Positions 38,101-51,800 of a DNA stretch of 64,000 nt are shown piece by piece. The notes beneath the pieces are model-generated. The model was not told the origin of the DNA. It was given only the letters and a program-made list of their open reading frames with translations, and did not search any database. The DNA lies in assembly GCA_030141605.1 (NCBI GenBank), contig JAQGDQ010000048.1, positions 558,001-622,000 on the forward strand, written 5' to 3'. The position numbers and the translations under genes are program-made. The stretch is from Tubiluchus corallicola (taxonomy: Eukaryota; Animalia; Priapulida). Each line of letters opens with the position of its first letter. Positions within the stretch are counted from its first letter, which is position 1.

Positions 38101-40782
38101 AGTAATAGAGGAAGTCTTAGAATAATACAATTCTGTTGTGACTCCAATTTCTTAACACCTTGCATAAAAGCTAGCTTAATATTTAAAAAAGCATTGAGGT
38201 ATCTGCTTTCACAGCTTCATTTGATTCGCCGAGGTAAACCTTCCTCTGTTCGTCGAATGCTGCATGTGACTGACTGCCTGCCTCCTATGGGATCTAAATT
38301 GCATAAGATGCCCGTTCAACGTACTTGCTCGTATAGTGCTCTGTTACCCATTACCATGAATAAAGAGAAGAGAGAATTTGATTCCTTGCCTTTTCTAGCT
38401 TCCTCAAAGGTTTGTTGGCACGATTGCAGACTTCACGATTACAGTCATGGCAACAAACACATGAACACTTTGAGCACAGAACGTAATCATCATAGAGCAC
38501 ATGCATTGTTTTCACATTGGTGTTTGCTATCGTTGCAACTTTGCATTGTTATTTCCTACATCAGCACCCGGTATCATTTGGTAGACTCGTGGGAAATTTG
38601 CATGTACTTAGATGTTTTCCGATGATCAAGGGAACATTTTTGAGTATGTTAATGTCACCAGATTTAAATTGATTTAGTTTGTCATTAAAATAAGTGTGAT
38701 TGATTTTTCAGCATATTGCACCTCAACTATTTTGACCCTTTTATAGTTTCGCTGAACACTCAACATTTGTTTTAAAATCTTGTGAGTTGTGATTTAAATG
38801 TATTGATCGTCGAATGTATTGAAAACATTATGTGTTGTTTCACAATTTTACAGGCTTTTGACAGTCTCGTTTTGTCAACCATTCATCAACTTTCACACAA
38901 GCTTGCTTTGGGTTCATCTAGCACATTGAAGAAGTTAAGGTATGTTAGCCTTGCATTAGATAAATTTCAATGGCTGTGCTTTATATATTTGTTTTAAAGA
39001 ACTGACGTTTCATATTTGAAAGGAAACCTGTGTCGGTACAATCCTGCCACCAGAATAACGGAAGGATGGTCTGCAAGGTGCAATTGACATTAGTGGAAAA
39101 GACCAGTGCTAAATGGCAAATGCTATAACAATGGTGTAGATTGATATTCAAATTCTATGATTTTTCACATTGAAGTTAAAGAATGTTTGTGCATTACTAA
39201 TCATTGACGAGTGGATCTAAAAGCGTTTGCCATGCTGTAGCGACAAAATTCAAAGTAATTTTGACTCTGTTTGTGAGGCCTTCCTTGCATATATTAACAA
39301 TTATAGTAATGTGAGTGATAGTAATATATGTGATGAATGATAGAGATGTAAAAGTTGGAAGAACAAGTGCTTTTCTCTATTGTTCAATGGTAGTAGTTTT
39401 CTGTTGTATATGTTTTCTTGTCTGTAATTATAAATTTGTTAATGTGAATTAAATTGTTTATTGAGAATCGAATAGCCTTAAGTGAGACGAGTTTTTACCT
39501 TGTCTTAACCAATTTTGTGTTCGACACTGTGGTTCTTTACATAACAAACTTAGGGTTATATGTTATTTAATTTCAATCAGCAGTACACCACAGGAGAGTA
39601 TAGCAGAACTTGGGCAAGTTGAATTTGTTTATACTTCTTGCTAAATTTATGGCTTTGTGATGTGATTTCACATCAGCTTTATATCTTCACTTTGTAATTT
39701 AGCATTTAGCACATATATTTATAATTTAGCATATTACAAAAATATGATAAATTCCCCTTACCTACATTGCCTTTTACCTGAAAATTGATTGCTTTTAAGA
39801 TTTTAAGTTAGATATGAATTGCTTACAAGCATGTGTCTGTTTTTGTTTAAAAACTTTTCGAGATGTATTCATTTTAGCAGAATTACAAAAAGAGAAGCTT
39901 TTAGTTCAACTATGGTTTGTCTTGTTTTTTATAAGTAAATCTAGCTGGCTGTATGCAATTTTCACTTTTTCTGCCCTGGTGTGTACAGTATAAACACAGC
40001 TTCATTCATTGCAGGATTTTTAACTGTGTTAATGAAGTTCATCATTTTTATCGAGTTTGAGCTGAAGAGATTAAAATCATTTTATGTGTGGATTTTTCTG
40101 TTTTACTGTTTTGTGCACTAAATTCTGAATTTGTTTAGTATGAAACGAAGATTTTAACATTTAATTGCAGCATTATAGCATTCCGATGTTTTGAAACTCT
40201 AGATGTTTGTTTTTATTAATGATAAAACTTTCTGCATTTTATAATTGAATTGGGCTTTGGCTTTATCTTTCGGCCATCTTTTGGTAAGTGAAGCAGTTAG
40301 TGAAACCCTAGTTTTAAATTTTAAAATTATTTATTTAGAAGTACATCAGAAACTGCAGATGATGACGAACAAGATTTGTCTGAACTTAGTCCTGCTAATC
40401 ATCAGAAAAACATGGCAGCCATTTTGAAAAATTTAAAGAAGGTTGAGCACAACTTAGATGGTAAGAAGCAAAACATTTTACTCATTATAGTGTCATGAAC
40501 CTCGTTCTTTTACGTATTTCTTTCAGTGACCTTTGTGTTTTTTATATACATTTATGTGTTGTTTTTAGTTTTCTTTTTTTACATCCAGAATTAACGCAAG
40601 AAGTAGAGCAGGTACAACAGACAAATATAAGTCCTTCTTCTGGAGCCTCAGCTAGGAAACTATACCGAGATCGTGATGTACTGGATGAAATCCGAAAGTC
40701 CCTGACAGACCTCAGCTTCGAAGACCAATCTGTTAAGGCTATCACTAAAGTTGATGTGTTTGATGATGAAGAATTCTTTTAG
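20165..40782 (+). CDS. CEP170: CEP170/CEP170B-like centrosomal protein (N-terminal FHA domain, CEP170 C-terminal coiled coil)
   Basis: Exons: 20165-20275, 21310-21399, 23275-23353, 24152-24397, 24632-24696, 24950-25112, 25363-25872, 27916-28101, 30448-30597, 32547-32854, 33311-33494, 34368-35050, 35400-36376, 37377-37557, (38215-38409 optional), 38854-38939, 40339-40460, 40589-40782; all phases join. FHA: FIGRTECDILLQ/SRSVDNHHAV...KDLDSLNG/TFVND...LRFGYD. CEP170 motifs PRGTPLYGQPAWWG, AFTIEFDD, SEAGTYTIE...ARKCIDSVFG, ILKNLKKVEHNL. Confidence 0.92.
22190..22945. mobile_element. Degenerate hAT-like non-autonomous element
   Basis: Ends GGGATGTCAC / (reverse complement) GAGATGTTAC with clustered subterminal (C)CGAAT repeats; no clear TSD. 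Confidence 0.4.
23354..24151 (+). other. U12-type (minor spliceosome) AT-AC intron in CEP170-like gene
   Basis: 5' site ATATCCTTT at 23354; branch-site-like TTCTTGAC at 24135-24142; AC at 24150-24151; splicing gives in-frame LRFGYD-ATTYRVV. Confidence 0.92.
23440..23780 (-). mobile_element. Highly decayed CR1-like 3' fragment inside the U12 intron
   Basis: NSLPLLLVEASLNV-like remnant resembling the CR1 C-terminal WNxLP..VVxA motif. Confidence 0.35.
28222..28725. mobile_element. Degenerate Tc1/mariner-like MITE
   Basis: Left CAGTAGTGTCCATATAATTCG versus right (reverse complement) CATGGTTTCCATATTTTTCG. Confidence 0.4.
29040..29440 (-). mobile_element. Decayed L2/Crack-like RT fragment in CEP170 intron
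   Basis: Minus strand reads CFSNILENFMYSR, ILLSKLSHYAIRDMSLKWFENYLTDRKQ and VPHGS. Confidence 0.78.
35092..35160 (+). other. Intronic 32-bp inverted repeat / hairpin (pre-miRNA-sized)
   Basis: Arms 35092-35123 and 35129-35160 pair at all 32 positions (30 Watson-Crick, 2 G:U); loop AAGCA. Confidence 0.85.
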
Positions 40783-41126
40783 AAGCACTTTGCAAGTTTT
40801 TGCCCTGTAACTGTAATTTTGACTTTGTTGCCAGGTGATATGAATTGGAATGCAATGGAGTTCACATTATCACATTTACTGGAACACATATTTTGTGAGC
40901 CACTATGTAGCTACTTTAGTTTGTTTATAGTCCTGTGTATAATCCTGGCACTACTTCTTGGCAGCCGGCTGTGGCATAATTATCTAGGTATGCAGTAACA
41001 GCTAGTCATGCTGTATTTGTAGGAGATTAGGAGGTATACAGTAGCAATTGCTTTTAAAAAGTGGCACAACACATTATGTTGTTTTATGAACTATGAAGGT
41101 GAGAGATAAGAAATATTTTATGGTTT

Positions 41127-41268
41127 CACAGTCAGTTTGTGTGACTGTCACGATCAGTTTGTGCCATTATCACGATTAGTTTGTGCCACTATCACAGTCA
41201 GTTTATGCCACTATCACAGCCAATTTGTGCCACTATCACAGTCAGAATTGCTACTATCATAGGCAACT
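41127..41268. repeat. 22-bp degenerate minisatellite (~6.5 copies)
   Basis: Consensus CACAGTCAGTTTGTGCCACTAT; downstream of the CEP170 stop, abutting the Tigger-like MITE. Confidence 0.88.
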
Positions 41269-41274
41269 GTTGTA

Positions 41275-42004
41275 CAGTAAGTCCTCGCTTAACAATGCTA
41301 ATGCATTCCAGCAAAATGCAACATTAAGCGAAAGTGTTAAACGAAACCAAGACTTCCATGGGAAGTAATGTAAAAGAATTGAGATATGGTCCAGAAGCAA
41401 AAATCAATGCTGTTTAAATCGTATACATCAAACGTTTTACGAGTTTTATATTTCTACTGAATAATTTCTTTCTGTTTGCTTGAAACCACCTATCTTTCTT
41501 ACCAATATTTAGCTAGGCTTGCTAGCGGTTTCTTGAAGCCTGTATTTAGACTGTTAGCAGTTAAACACTGGGTAGTGAAAGCCAAGCCCTGTATGAAGAA
41601 ACGTGAGACAATTTCAGGTAGTAGTAATCTGGTTGTTGTTATAGCAACAAGTTGCAGACAAAATTATTTGGCATAAAGTTTAAACTCGGGTGTCTGGAGG
41701 GGTGTAAATTGGCAAATAGATCTCACTTGATAGAAATAGCTAGAATTTAGTACGTAGTCTGTTGGGAAGCAAAGGAATTATAATAATTCTGCTGTTTAGG
41801 TTAGTAATGCATTTTTAGAACAAAATAACACAATTTGTGCCACTTTAATACTTCAAATTAGGTAAAAAAAGTTGTTGATAAAATAAAAAGTGGCTGTAAG
41901 CAAAGTCAAAAAATTGTCATCAAAATGAAATGTGCGTGTCAAATATTCAGCATCGTTAAAACGAAGTGACATTAAACGGGGAGTCATTAAGTGAGAGCTT
42001 ACTG
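41275..42004. mobile_element. Tigger/pogo-like MITE
   Basis: TA-flanked; left CAGTAAGTCCTCGCTTAA versus right (reverse complement) CAGTAAGCTCTCACTTAA. Confidence 0.78.
41635..41648. promoter_or_regulatory. Candidate RFX X-box
   Basis: GTTGTTATAGCAAC matches the RTHNYYWTRRNRAC consensus at every position. Confidence 0.35.
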
Positions 42005-44639
42005 TATAGGGATTTGGGGAGGAGTTTTTTTCTGTTGTGGATTTTTATGGAACTGTTGAGCTGTTACTGCTATGCTTTTTATGAAATGCGTTTATTTTTA
42101 TTGCACTCATCAGCTACTTTATTTGTGAAATGTGAAGTTCAAATTCATTACCCACACTTACATAGCTTACAGGTAATAATGCAATAATTTCTTTTTTATT
42201 GCAAAAAAGATGGTATCATAAATTGTGCCTAATGCCAGTAGTACCATTGTTTTGTTCTACCGTTTTTTCCACATAGAACTTTCCATGCTTTTCCAAGCCA
42301 ACCGGTCTATCAGTAACAGTAAGATTCAAAATAGTTGTAATAAAACAGTTAAAAGAGAATTCTCCGTGTTAGATCCCAGAGTTTGCGGAGATTTCTTCAA
42401 GTCAATGTGATCGTTTAAATGGTACCGCTTGTTGTGTTCGACAATTGCTGTTTAATAGTAAAGGTTTTAATGCAGTGAATCATGCATTTTACTCATTTAT
42501 CACTTTGCCAGAGCTAAAGGTCAGATAGCCAGTTGTTCAGTGCCACGTGACAGTTGCTAGCATTGTATTATATTAATTGAACTGTTACAGGTTCTCATTA
42601 AGTTACAGTTCTTAACGTTAGTCAAAATGGGTTTGAGCCTCAAAGGAATTTGATATTTAATATGCATGCTACATTGAATGCAAGCAGCTTTGCTGCTTTT
42701 TAATTTGCGATCCAGTAAATTTTAATAAAATGTAATTATCTGGAATTACATAGACATAAAATCAATGTAGTTTATGTCTTACACAGTTCAAACATGTGTA
42801 ATAAGGCTTAAATGAGTTAGCAAAAACAGATTTTAATTTTATTTTTGTAGTGCTTGAATCTACTTGTTATTTATTTATGAACAGTTTTAGTACACTTTAT
42901 TTATGGTCGTTTGCCAAGTTTCTAGTAATAGGTCTACAGTTTAATTCTACTGTCTGTTAATTTCTTTCAGGTTAGTGCATTTCATTAACTTGTCATTGTT
43001 GGTAATTTATTCTGATCAAACTATTCGCGTAGTGGTAGGAATTGCAGCATTAAATACACAAGTGTCTGTGTTAAATACATTCACAAAAATGTAATGATGT
43101 AGGCCTATATTAGTGTAATTCATTTTTTGAAGTCTTTACACTTTCTGCAAGGTAAAACCATCTGTGAATGGCATTGTAGAATTTTCAAGAATGTTGCTGT
43201 ATCACTTTCAGTGAATCACGGATCACTTTGTCTTTCTGGGTGTTTAGAACTAGGCTTAGTGTATTTTTCAGTGTCGTTAAATATATTTGTGAAAAGTTAT
43301 GGATAATTTTTTTGAAGTTTTTCCTTTTAATCGTGATTAGCTTCAGAGATGTAAAAAGTTAGTTTCAATTATGTCTAACATGATGGATGTTAATAATTTT
43401 TGCATACATTGAATGCTTCTTGGTGGTAGACTTCGTTCTATAGGATTGTAGTAGGACATAACAGTTGACATATTTTGGTTGTATTTTTGATCAGGAATAA
43501 GTTATAGTTTAAATTCATGCTGACCTAGTTCATTTAATGTGATTTTCACAACTGTTATTTTTATAGTGCATTTTATGTTTTATGAAGTGATAATGTCTGT
43601 TTTTGAATTGTGTTTTTATTCTGTGTAACTTTTTAAAAGTCTTGTGTGCCTACTGCAATGTTATAACTGTATCGCCATTGCTTCTTTTATGTTTACGTAG
43701 GCCACTTTGGCCACTAGATTTAAATTTTGCTTTTATGCATTAAAAATAATTGAATCAGACAATACACAGTGTTAGAGGTTTATTTATTTTTAAAGTTATT
43801 CACACAAAACATGGTTACATATGAAAAATAGTGTTTTTCATAACCCTATTATGGAAAAATTCAATTTTAAAAACAAAGTTTGTTTATATATTATTCTGAG
43901 CGATATTAAAATCTTTAGTGAAGAATTCTTATTACTTGTTAATTAGAAGATACTTAAACTAGGCGTTGAATGGTCGAAACAACTTCAAAATTGACTATAA
44001 TAATCATAACTTTTAATAAGATATTGAACGTCGTTGATTTAGTAGGTGATTGAGAGATTATTGAGACTGCGTGGCAACTGTGACTATATGTGGCGTACGC
44101 AGTGAAAAAGGAAGACGAATTGAATTTTTATTTACCTTAGCAATCATATGGCGGCTTGTTGAATGTGATTTTGTCGCCTGTTATATCTGTAAGATTTATT
44201 TAGCTTTTATTACATTTTTCAGTTCCGTAAAAGTTGTTAGCTAATACATTAATTGATGCAGTGCTATTTATAGCTCGCAAATTAGAACTGTTGTGATTTA
44301 AAAAGAAGTTAACAGCAAACAGGTGAGTACAGCCATTATGCGATGATACTACAGCCCAGGTAACAGGGAGCACGCTCATTACGCTATGTTAGTACCAATA
44401 GTATTAGTACTAGTAGTTAGTAAAATGACTTGTTATTGACTTCAGAATTCATTTGGTGAGCCAGTGGTATTGGATAGTATGCAATGTTTTGTTTTTTCTC
44501 GTCATTTGGTAAAATGACGTCTTAACGTTGTAATTGGTAATTTTTGGTAAGATTAAAATAAGAAATTACGCCTCCTTTCCCTTTGATCTTGCCATTATGG
44601 GATTGTTCAGTTACGATTGGGCTATTGTTACAATGGACA

Positions 44640-45400
44640 CAAGGTTTCTTAGCAGTTCGCTTTTGCTTGCGTGCGGATCAATTCTATCGTGTGCTCTATA
44701 ATTAAGTTCAAAGTTGGGTACCACAAGAGATTGTATCAGGTCCATTACTTTTCATATTATATGTCAATGACGTTCCTGACAATGTGGCTTCAACTGTTAA
44801 AATATTTGCTGATGATACTAAAATCTATCAGTTAATTGCCTTCTGCAATGACATCAAAACCTTGGATGCTTGGTCACGTAATTGGCTTATAATGCCGTTC
44901 AGCACCGATAAGTGATATAGGCAAAAACTCCAACGATTGTCAATACACTATGCTCGACACCAGCGAACAAACTGCACTCATTATCACCACTCAAGTACAA
45001 AAGGATCTTGCAGTCTATATTGATAACTCACTATCTATTAAGGAACATATTAATGAAGGCTTTAAAACATTTTAAACGTTTGTGGCCTTCATAGAGCATT
45101 CATAGACTGTTACATGTTTTTAATCCTATGCACAACCTTTGTATGCCCAGTAATGCATTTTGGAAACAATATAGTATCTAGGTAAGTTAGAACGTATCAG
45201 AATGGTTGAAACCATACAAGACAGAGGTTAAAACTCATGTCGCTCCAATACAGAAGAAAACCTGGAGATATATTGACTACATTTCGAACTTTCAACAACG
45301 GTTCTAAATTAAATCCCGAATGTTATTTTCAAGTCAGTTATAGGGGTGATGGGCAATAACAAGAACGGTCAAATTTTCTGGATAGTCAATGATTGGAATA
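44640..45400 (+). mobile_element. Decayed CR1-type LINE RT fragment
   Basis: GVPQ..SGPLLF..LYVNDVPDNVASTVKIFADDTKIY and QKDLAVYIDN readable on the + strand with frameshifts. Confidence 0.8.
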
Positions 45401-45880
45401 AGTGGGGCATGCATGTTAGGAGTGCAAGACTATTGGTGGGCAGACCATCAGGAGAAGAACTATAACACTTTTCACTCACTTGAGTGGACACTACACGTGT
45501 TCTAGCAATCATAACTTCTACATTTCGCGACAAGATGGTTAGCAATTAAACTAGGGATTGAGTTTTATGTTTGTGCAACAGGTTAAGTAAGAAGATGGAA
45601 AAAACTGCAGACAAAAAGCTAGATAGCTTCATCCGGTACATCACAGTGTGACCTGCTTGTTAGCATCACGGTGAACGTCCTGGGAGAAAAGTATCAGGTT
45701 TTGCTTTTTGATACTGTATTTGGTTTACAGTCACAAATCGTCCAGAGACAAAATTCTACTTAGTTGCTGGCATGTAAGCCTTCATTTGCAATGTCTTATT
45801 TACATTTATTCCTTGGCATACTTGGCTTACCACTTTTGAGATTAAGAAATTATTGTAAAATCTAACACTCTTGTTTCCAG

Positions 45881-48800
45881 ATGGCGGCTGATAATGAACG
45901 TGATACCTACCACCACAGTAGCAAAAGAAGAAAGAAATATCCTGAAATAAAACAAAGAGGATTTTATTCAGAATATGCTCTTGAAGGAGCTCAAGACTAT
46001 CTTCAGGTGCAAAAGGAGTTCTAAAAAATAATATCTTTTTGTGGTAGTGTTAATACCCACTGAATATAGGTCTGCTTTGCTGGTTTGTGCAGCATTTATA
46101 TGTAGATGTCATAATAAAGAACTTTCATGTTGCCTTGAGGCTTAACGTCACCATATTTACTCATTTCATGCTAATTTTTGAAACCGCTTAAATATAAATC
46201 AAGTTTAGTAATAGTTCAGTAATGACTAAGTTTCACTTGTTTGAAGTTAGTAGAAAAGATTTATTAATGTTGTATACTTAACAGTTGATTTTTGCTGTTT
46301 TTTATATCTGTATTAAGTGCCAGATTCTGAATTATTAGTTTCATTCTTTATGATAAAAACTGAAGTGCAGCCCCGTGTTTAGCTTAATGTAAGTTTTACA
46401 ATTACAATTCAAAAGAATTTTTGTTTTTTTGCAAAGAAATTTATACTTCTGAATTTTCATTTTATTATTTTTTCTTGAACTTTTTTCAAAAGTAAAGTAA
46501 ATACTAAGCATGCCTTGCTAAAGTGTGTTGTAATTGTTGTATAATGAAATGATTTCAGGATGTGCACAAAGGTCCTTCTGCAGAACAGCAATTATTGTGG
46601 GAGGTCCAAACTGAGCGTCATACTCCGGAAGCACGTGGTTTTGTTCCACCCACTGATCTATTGTCTGCTGTAAACACGGCTCAGATTGGACCAACGACAG
46701 AAGAAGCAATAGAATCGGTAAGTCGGAAGTCAGTCACAGTAATTTCTTTGTGCCAGTTGTGCTGATTTTACTGCTATTCTTGTATATATGGTCATATAAG
46801 TGCTAGAAGAACTAGAGATCAGTTAAAATTTTCGAAGGTTTAAGAGCTAAAAATTGGCTTTGAGTTTCATTCTAGTGTTAAGCTGAATCTCTACATAGCA
46901 AGCTTCTCCCAAAATACTAACTTGTTTAAACCTGCCACAAGGAACCTAGAATAGCCAATGATGTTACTGCTTTTGTCTTTGAACTAGTAATTGTTAAATT
47001 GTCAACAATTGTTAGTAATCTGCAATTTTAAGACTAACCCTTTGCTGCGCAATTTTCATGTATGTAGTCAGCTACATACCTTGACATTTTAAAGATTATT
47101 GTTTTAACATTATCTGACATATAGTAGTTTTGCTGGCATGTGTCTAGATTGATGGATAGCTATATAAGATTCGAGGATAAAATTCCAACAACGGCATTGT
47201 TTTCGGCAGTCCGCACATCAAGCAAAAGTTCTCAATCCAGTGTCATCTCATTGATGGCTTATTTTCCAAATCATGGCCACTGGGAAAAATGGGGGAGGCA
47301 TAAAGCCATAAAGAATGGCTGTTTTTTGCCCTTTCTGCAAATCGTATATCCCTCATTTTGAGAGAATGGGAATGTGGTATGGGTGGTACCTAGAATGGTT
47401 GGATAGCTCATTCAGTGATGGGTGTAGCACTTATATTTTGCAGGAGTGCCAAATCTGAATGTGCATTTTTCCAAACTCAACTACTTTCTGGCATAAATGT
47501 CTTGCGTATTTTATCAGATGGTATTTCTAAGTGTTTTCTTTTTGATGGCAGCATGCTTGTAACTGTGACCGAGGCCGGTAGTGTAAATATACTGGTTTAC
47601 ACCCTTTATCGTATCTATGACTGGGGTTTCTCATATTGCACAGTTCTCCAGCTTTCTTTGCCGATCATTTTTTATAACGGTGCTCATTCTTTTGGGAGTT
47701 AGCTATTGAGTGGAATTTTGCAGATCCTTTGTTCATTTTAATGGCTGACACAGTGACTTTCAGCGGCACATCATCACAGTTCTTGCCATCTAGCAGTAAT
47801 TGTTGGTGTACAGTAGGTGCCGCTTAATAGACCCACTTTGGCACCGAAGTGTTTTGTTCCATTTAATCGACTGAACCTGTTTACCGATGGATATAGTATT
47901 ACTGGTCTAGAAGTACGAGTCATTAGCTTAGATGCACTGTAAAGGTTTTTAATGAATTTTAGAAACAATGTAATGCCTAAATTCCTACGTGCTGTTAAAA
48001 ATTTAAAAAATATTTTCAAATATTAATTTATATAAGTGAATTAGCAATAAATTAAAAACTATGCTTTTCTAAATCACACAAGTCTGTTTATTTGCAAAAA
48101 TTACAAAATTTCCTTCAAAGTCGGCTGCTTCATTTTATCGCAAAGAAGTTGGCTGACAAAGTTTTCAAAATGATAGAAACGTTGTATGATGCAAAAATTC
48201 TCATAAAATACTTAGTGCTTGGCATGCTTAAGCTGTTGGTTTGGTGGTGCCTGTGTTTCCCCGCAGCTTCGTCTAAGCTCCTGCTTGCTATAATTGTAAC
48301 ATGCACACTTTTAAATACACTTAATTCAAGCAAATCACCAGGACTGCAAAATATACCTAGTTCTTTTTTTAAATCTGCAAGTCAAATTATTTGACCAAAA
48401 CTCACATTACTACTTAATAAATCGGTTATTACTGGAACTATTCCAAATATATTAAAAATAGCAAAAGTTATTCCTTTATATAATGGCTCTCCGCATGAAC
48501 CTGGAAATTACAGACCAATATCTCTCTTATCACCAGTATCAAAAGTTTTTGAGAGGCTAATTTACAAGAGATTATACCAGTTTGTTGTGAAAAGCAATAT
48601 CCCAAGTAAATACCAATTTGGTTTCAGAAAAAATTATTCAACTGCCCTTGCTGTATCCGAATTAATAGACACGGACTCTCTAGACACTGACAAAAAATTA
48701 CTGAATTGTGGACTATTTTTAGCCTTATCAAAAGCTTTTGATATACAGCTTAGTATACAGCATAGTATACTAATAGCCAAATTAAACCATTATGGCATCA

Positions 48801-51800
48801 GAGGTCTACCTTTGCAACTGATTCAGTCATATATAACTAACAGAAAACAATTCATATCTATTAACAATGTATCATCAGACTATAAACACATATCATGTGG
48901 AGTGCTACAAGGCTCTAATTTAGGACCGCTTTTATTCTTAATTTATATTATTGACCTTCCCACATGCAGAACTTTCGAATCTGAATATTTGCCAGTGACT
49001 CTAATTTGTTCATGTCTGACTCCAATATAAACAATCTGCAAAAATATGTCAATGAAGAAATGAAGAAAATAGACCTGTGGATGAGGGCAAACCAGCTATC
49101 AATTAACTACAAAAAAACCAAATTTATGATAATCAACAACAAGCAAATTAACAATGCTAATAATCCAAAATTTCATATTATAATTAACAAACACAAAATT
49201 GAAGAAACAGACAACATCAAATACTTGGGCCTACTCATTGATAACAAATTAACATGGGAACCACATATAAAACACATAATATACAAATTAAGTCAAATTA
49301 CCGGAACAATTTTAAAAATAAGGCACTATGTCGACCAGTATATTCTGAAACGTCTATATAATTCATTAATTTTCCCTTATTTGCAGTATTCCATCTTAAC
49401 ATGGGGTACGGCTTTTGCATCTATCCAAAATTTAATACAGACACAACAAAAAAATAGTAAAATTAATAATTTTTGCTCGCAAGTATGATCATGCTACACC
49501 ATCGTTCATAAAATTACAAATTTTAAAGGTAAGAGATATTTACAATTTTGAATTGTTCAAATTTATGTATAAATTTAATGCTGGTTTATTACCAGAACTT
49601 TTTAGTGAATATTTCACTAATGCTTCTGATATACATTCCTACTTCACAAGAGCTGCTTCTAATGGACAGTATTTTGTGGAGAGATTTTTTACCCGACATG
49701 GTTTCAATAGCATAAAATCACGAGGAGTTAAATTATGGAATTCGTTGCCAAAAGATACCTTTGAAGGTAGCTTATTTTCTGCTTCCAAAAATACACGAAA
49801 ATCTTACTAAATGGATATACCTGTGGTACATAACTTGTAAGACTAATAAGCAAGCTAGCAAGTTTTTGTTTTTTTCTCCTCATCTCCTAAGTAATTGTTG
49901 CTCTTTCTCATACTTACTTTTTCTCATAAATTTTTCTATATTACACCTTTTTTTTGATGGTTATTTTTTTCTTTCCATACTCTCAGTTTTTAACTGTACT
50001 CACTAATCTTGGTCAAATGCCCCTGTTAATAAGACCCCATTTGAAACTACTACATGTAATAATCCTAATTACTGAATAACTGTATTGTTTTGTTTAGATT
50101 TACGTATCTAACTTTATTATTTTTTGTTTTCAGTTCTTTTTTGATAATTTGTATCATTTATACTGTTTTTATTAATATTTTTTTATTTGTTTTTGTTTTT
50201 GTTATCTGCAGCATCATCGTTAGTTTTTAACATACTAATTTATTGATAAGAAAGGGCAGGAGACTAGGTGACCCTATGGCCCTTCCCTGCCCTGCTCCAT
50301 AATTATAATTACTTAATATTTAAAAAAATTTTGATGTTAAACTAATTGGAGAAAATAAATGTTCTATGTCCATATCTGTCTATGAGTCTATTAACTATGA
50401 GTCTATTATGCTGCGCCTACTGTAGTTTATTTTACGTCAACAATTTAGTATAATATACTTAACTAGTGTATGTGACATTTATTGATGTGATTGTTTATCT
50501 GAAAGATTATAGAGGAAATCTGACGATAACAAATGACTTTACGATCAACTTTAATTCAGCTCGTTGCCATTGTCTACATTATGTTGGATGCATGAATGAA
50601 TTAACTTTGCCTAAATGCCATACTAAAAACACACGGACTGTCATGGTCTGAAATTAATGCATTTGGTTAAATGTGGCATAGTGATTGATGATAATTAAAC
50701 GTTAAAAATATCTGCAGGATTTCCTAAAGAAAAGCTATGAGCCAAAGGTACAGCTTCCATACATTGTAGCTCCTGGAAGTCGGCCCAGAAGAGTGGAAAT
50801 TGGAAGGAGAATAAAAGCATTTCGACAACAAGACCTTAAGTAAACTGATTAACTTTACGTTCAAAGTACAAAACATCAGTAACAGCTGTTTTTAAACAGC
50901 ATAAAATACGTGCATGAATGACAAATTCAAATTATGAGTTTTAATCTGCTTTTACGTTGTGCATTGGTGATTTTAGATGCTATTGAAATTATAATTGAAC
51001 AGGACTTCGACAGGTGTAAACTGACTAACCATTCTCAGACTGCTTACCATTTAGTATTTATTTCATAAACTTAGCTGTAAATTAATTCTGGGAATCAATT
51101 CTCGCATTATCATATTTGCAACCATTGTCTTTGAAGCTTGTTTTCTTTTTTTGGGTTTGTAAGAGCATTAGTGTGTGTTAGTGTGAAATGACCTGGTGCT
51201 ATATGTTGTACTAAATGCAGAGTTTAGTTTATGTGTTTAAGTTCAAATAAAATATGTTTCTTAAGTGCCAGTCTGCCAATTCTATTTATTTTAGCTATTG
51301 GCTTGCAAATTAATTTTTGTAGGACCTTGCTGCAGGAAAGAAATGTAGATTTTAAGCAGTTAATACCTCAATTTGTTTGTGATTATGGAACGAGTATAGA
51401 TGTGAAGAATGGTCATTTCCCAAATTTCTTACCATTGGAGGTATTTGATGACACAGGTAAGTATTGGTGAAGCTTATATCAGTTTTATGTTGGAACAGAT
51501 TTACCATTCTGTTATTACAGTAGTACGTATCTTGTAATGAATAGTCAATTGGTTTTTTAAATTTTTTTTTTAAAGACCTGAAAAATGTATTTTCCCACTT
51601 AACATATAAAAATAGATGCAAGAAATCAGTAATTAACACTTTATAAATTAAGGGATTTTTTGTTGTTTTATTATATAAGTTAAATTGTTACATAAATAAT
51701 ATATTGCCATGCAGGTTCACACTTTGTGTAGTTTTCTTTTGGATAGTGACTTAATAACTCCTGTCCAATAAAAAAATGGAAAGTGACTTAAAAACACGAA

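Noticed and set aside
47140-47900. GC-richer intronic stretch with short ORFs
   Set aside because: Only faint LINE-like remnants (PFFPVAMIW on minus); too decayed to call.
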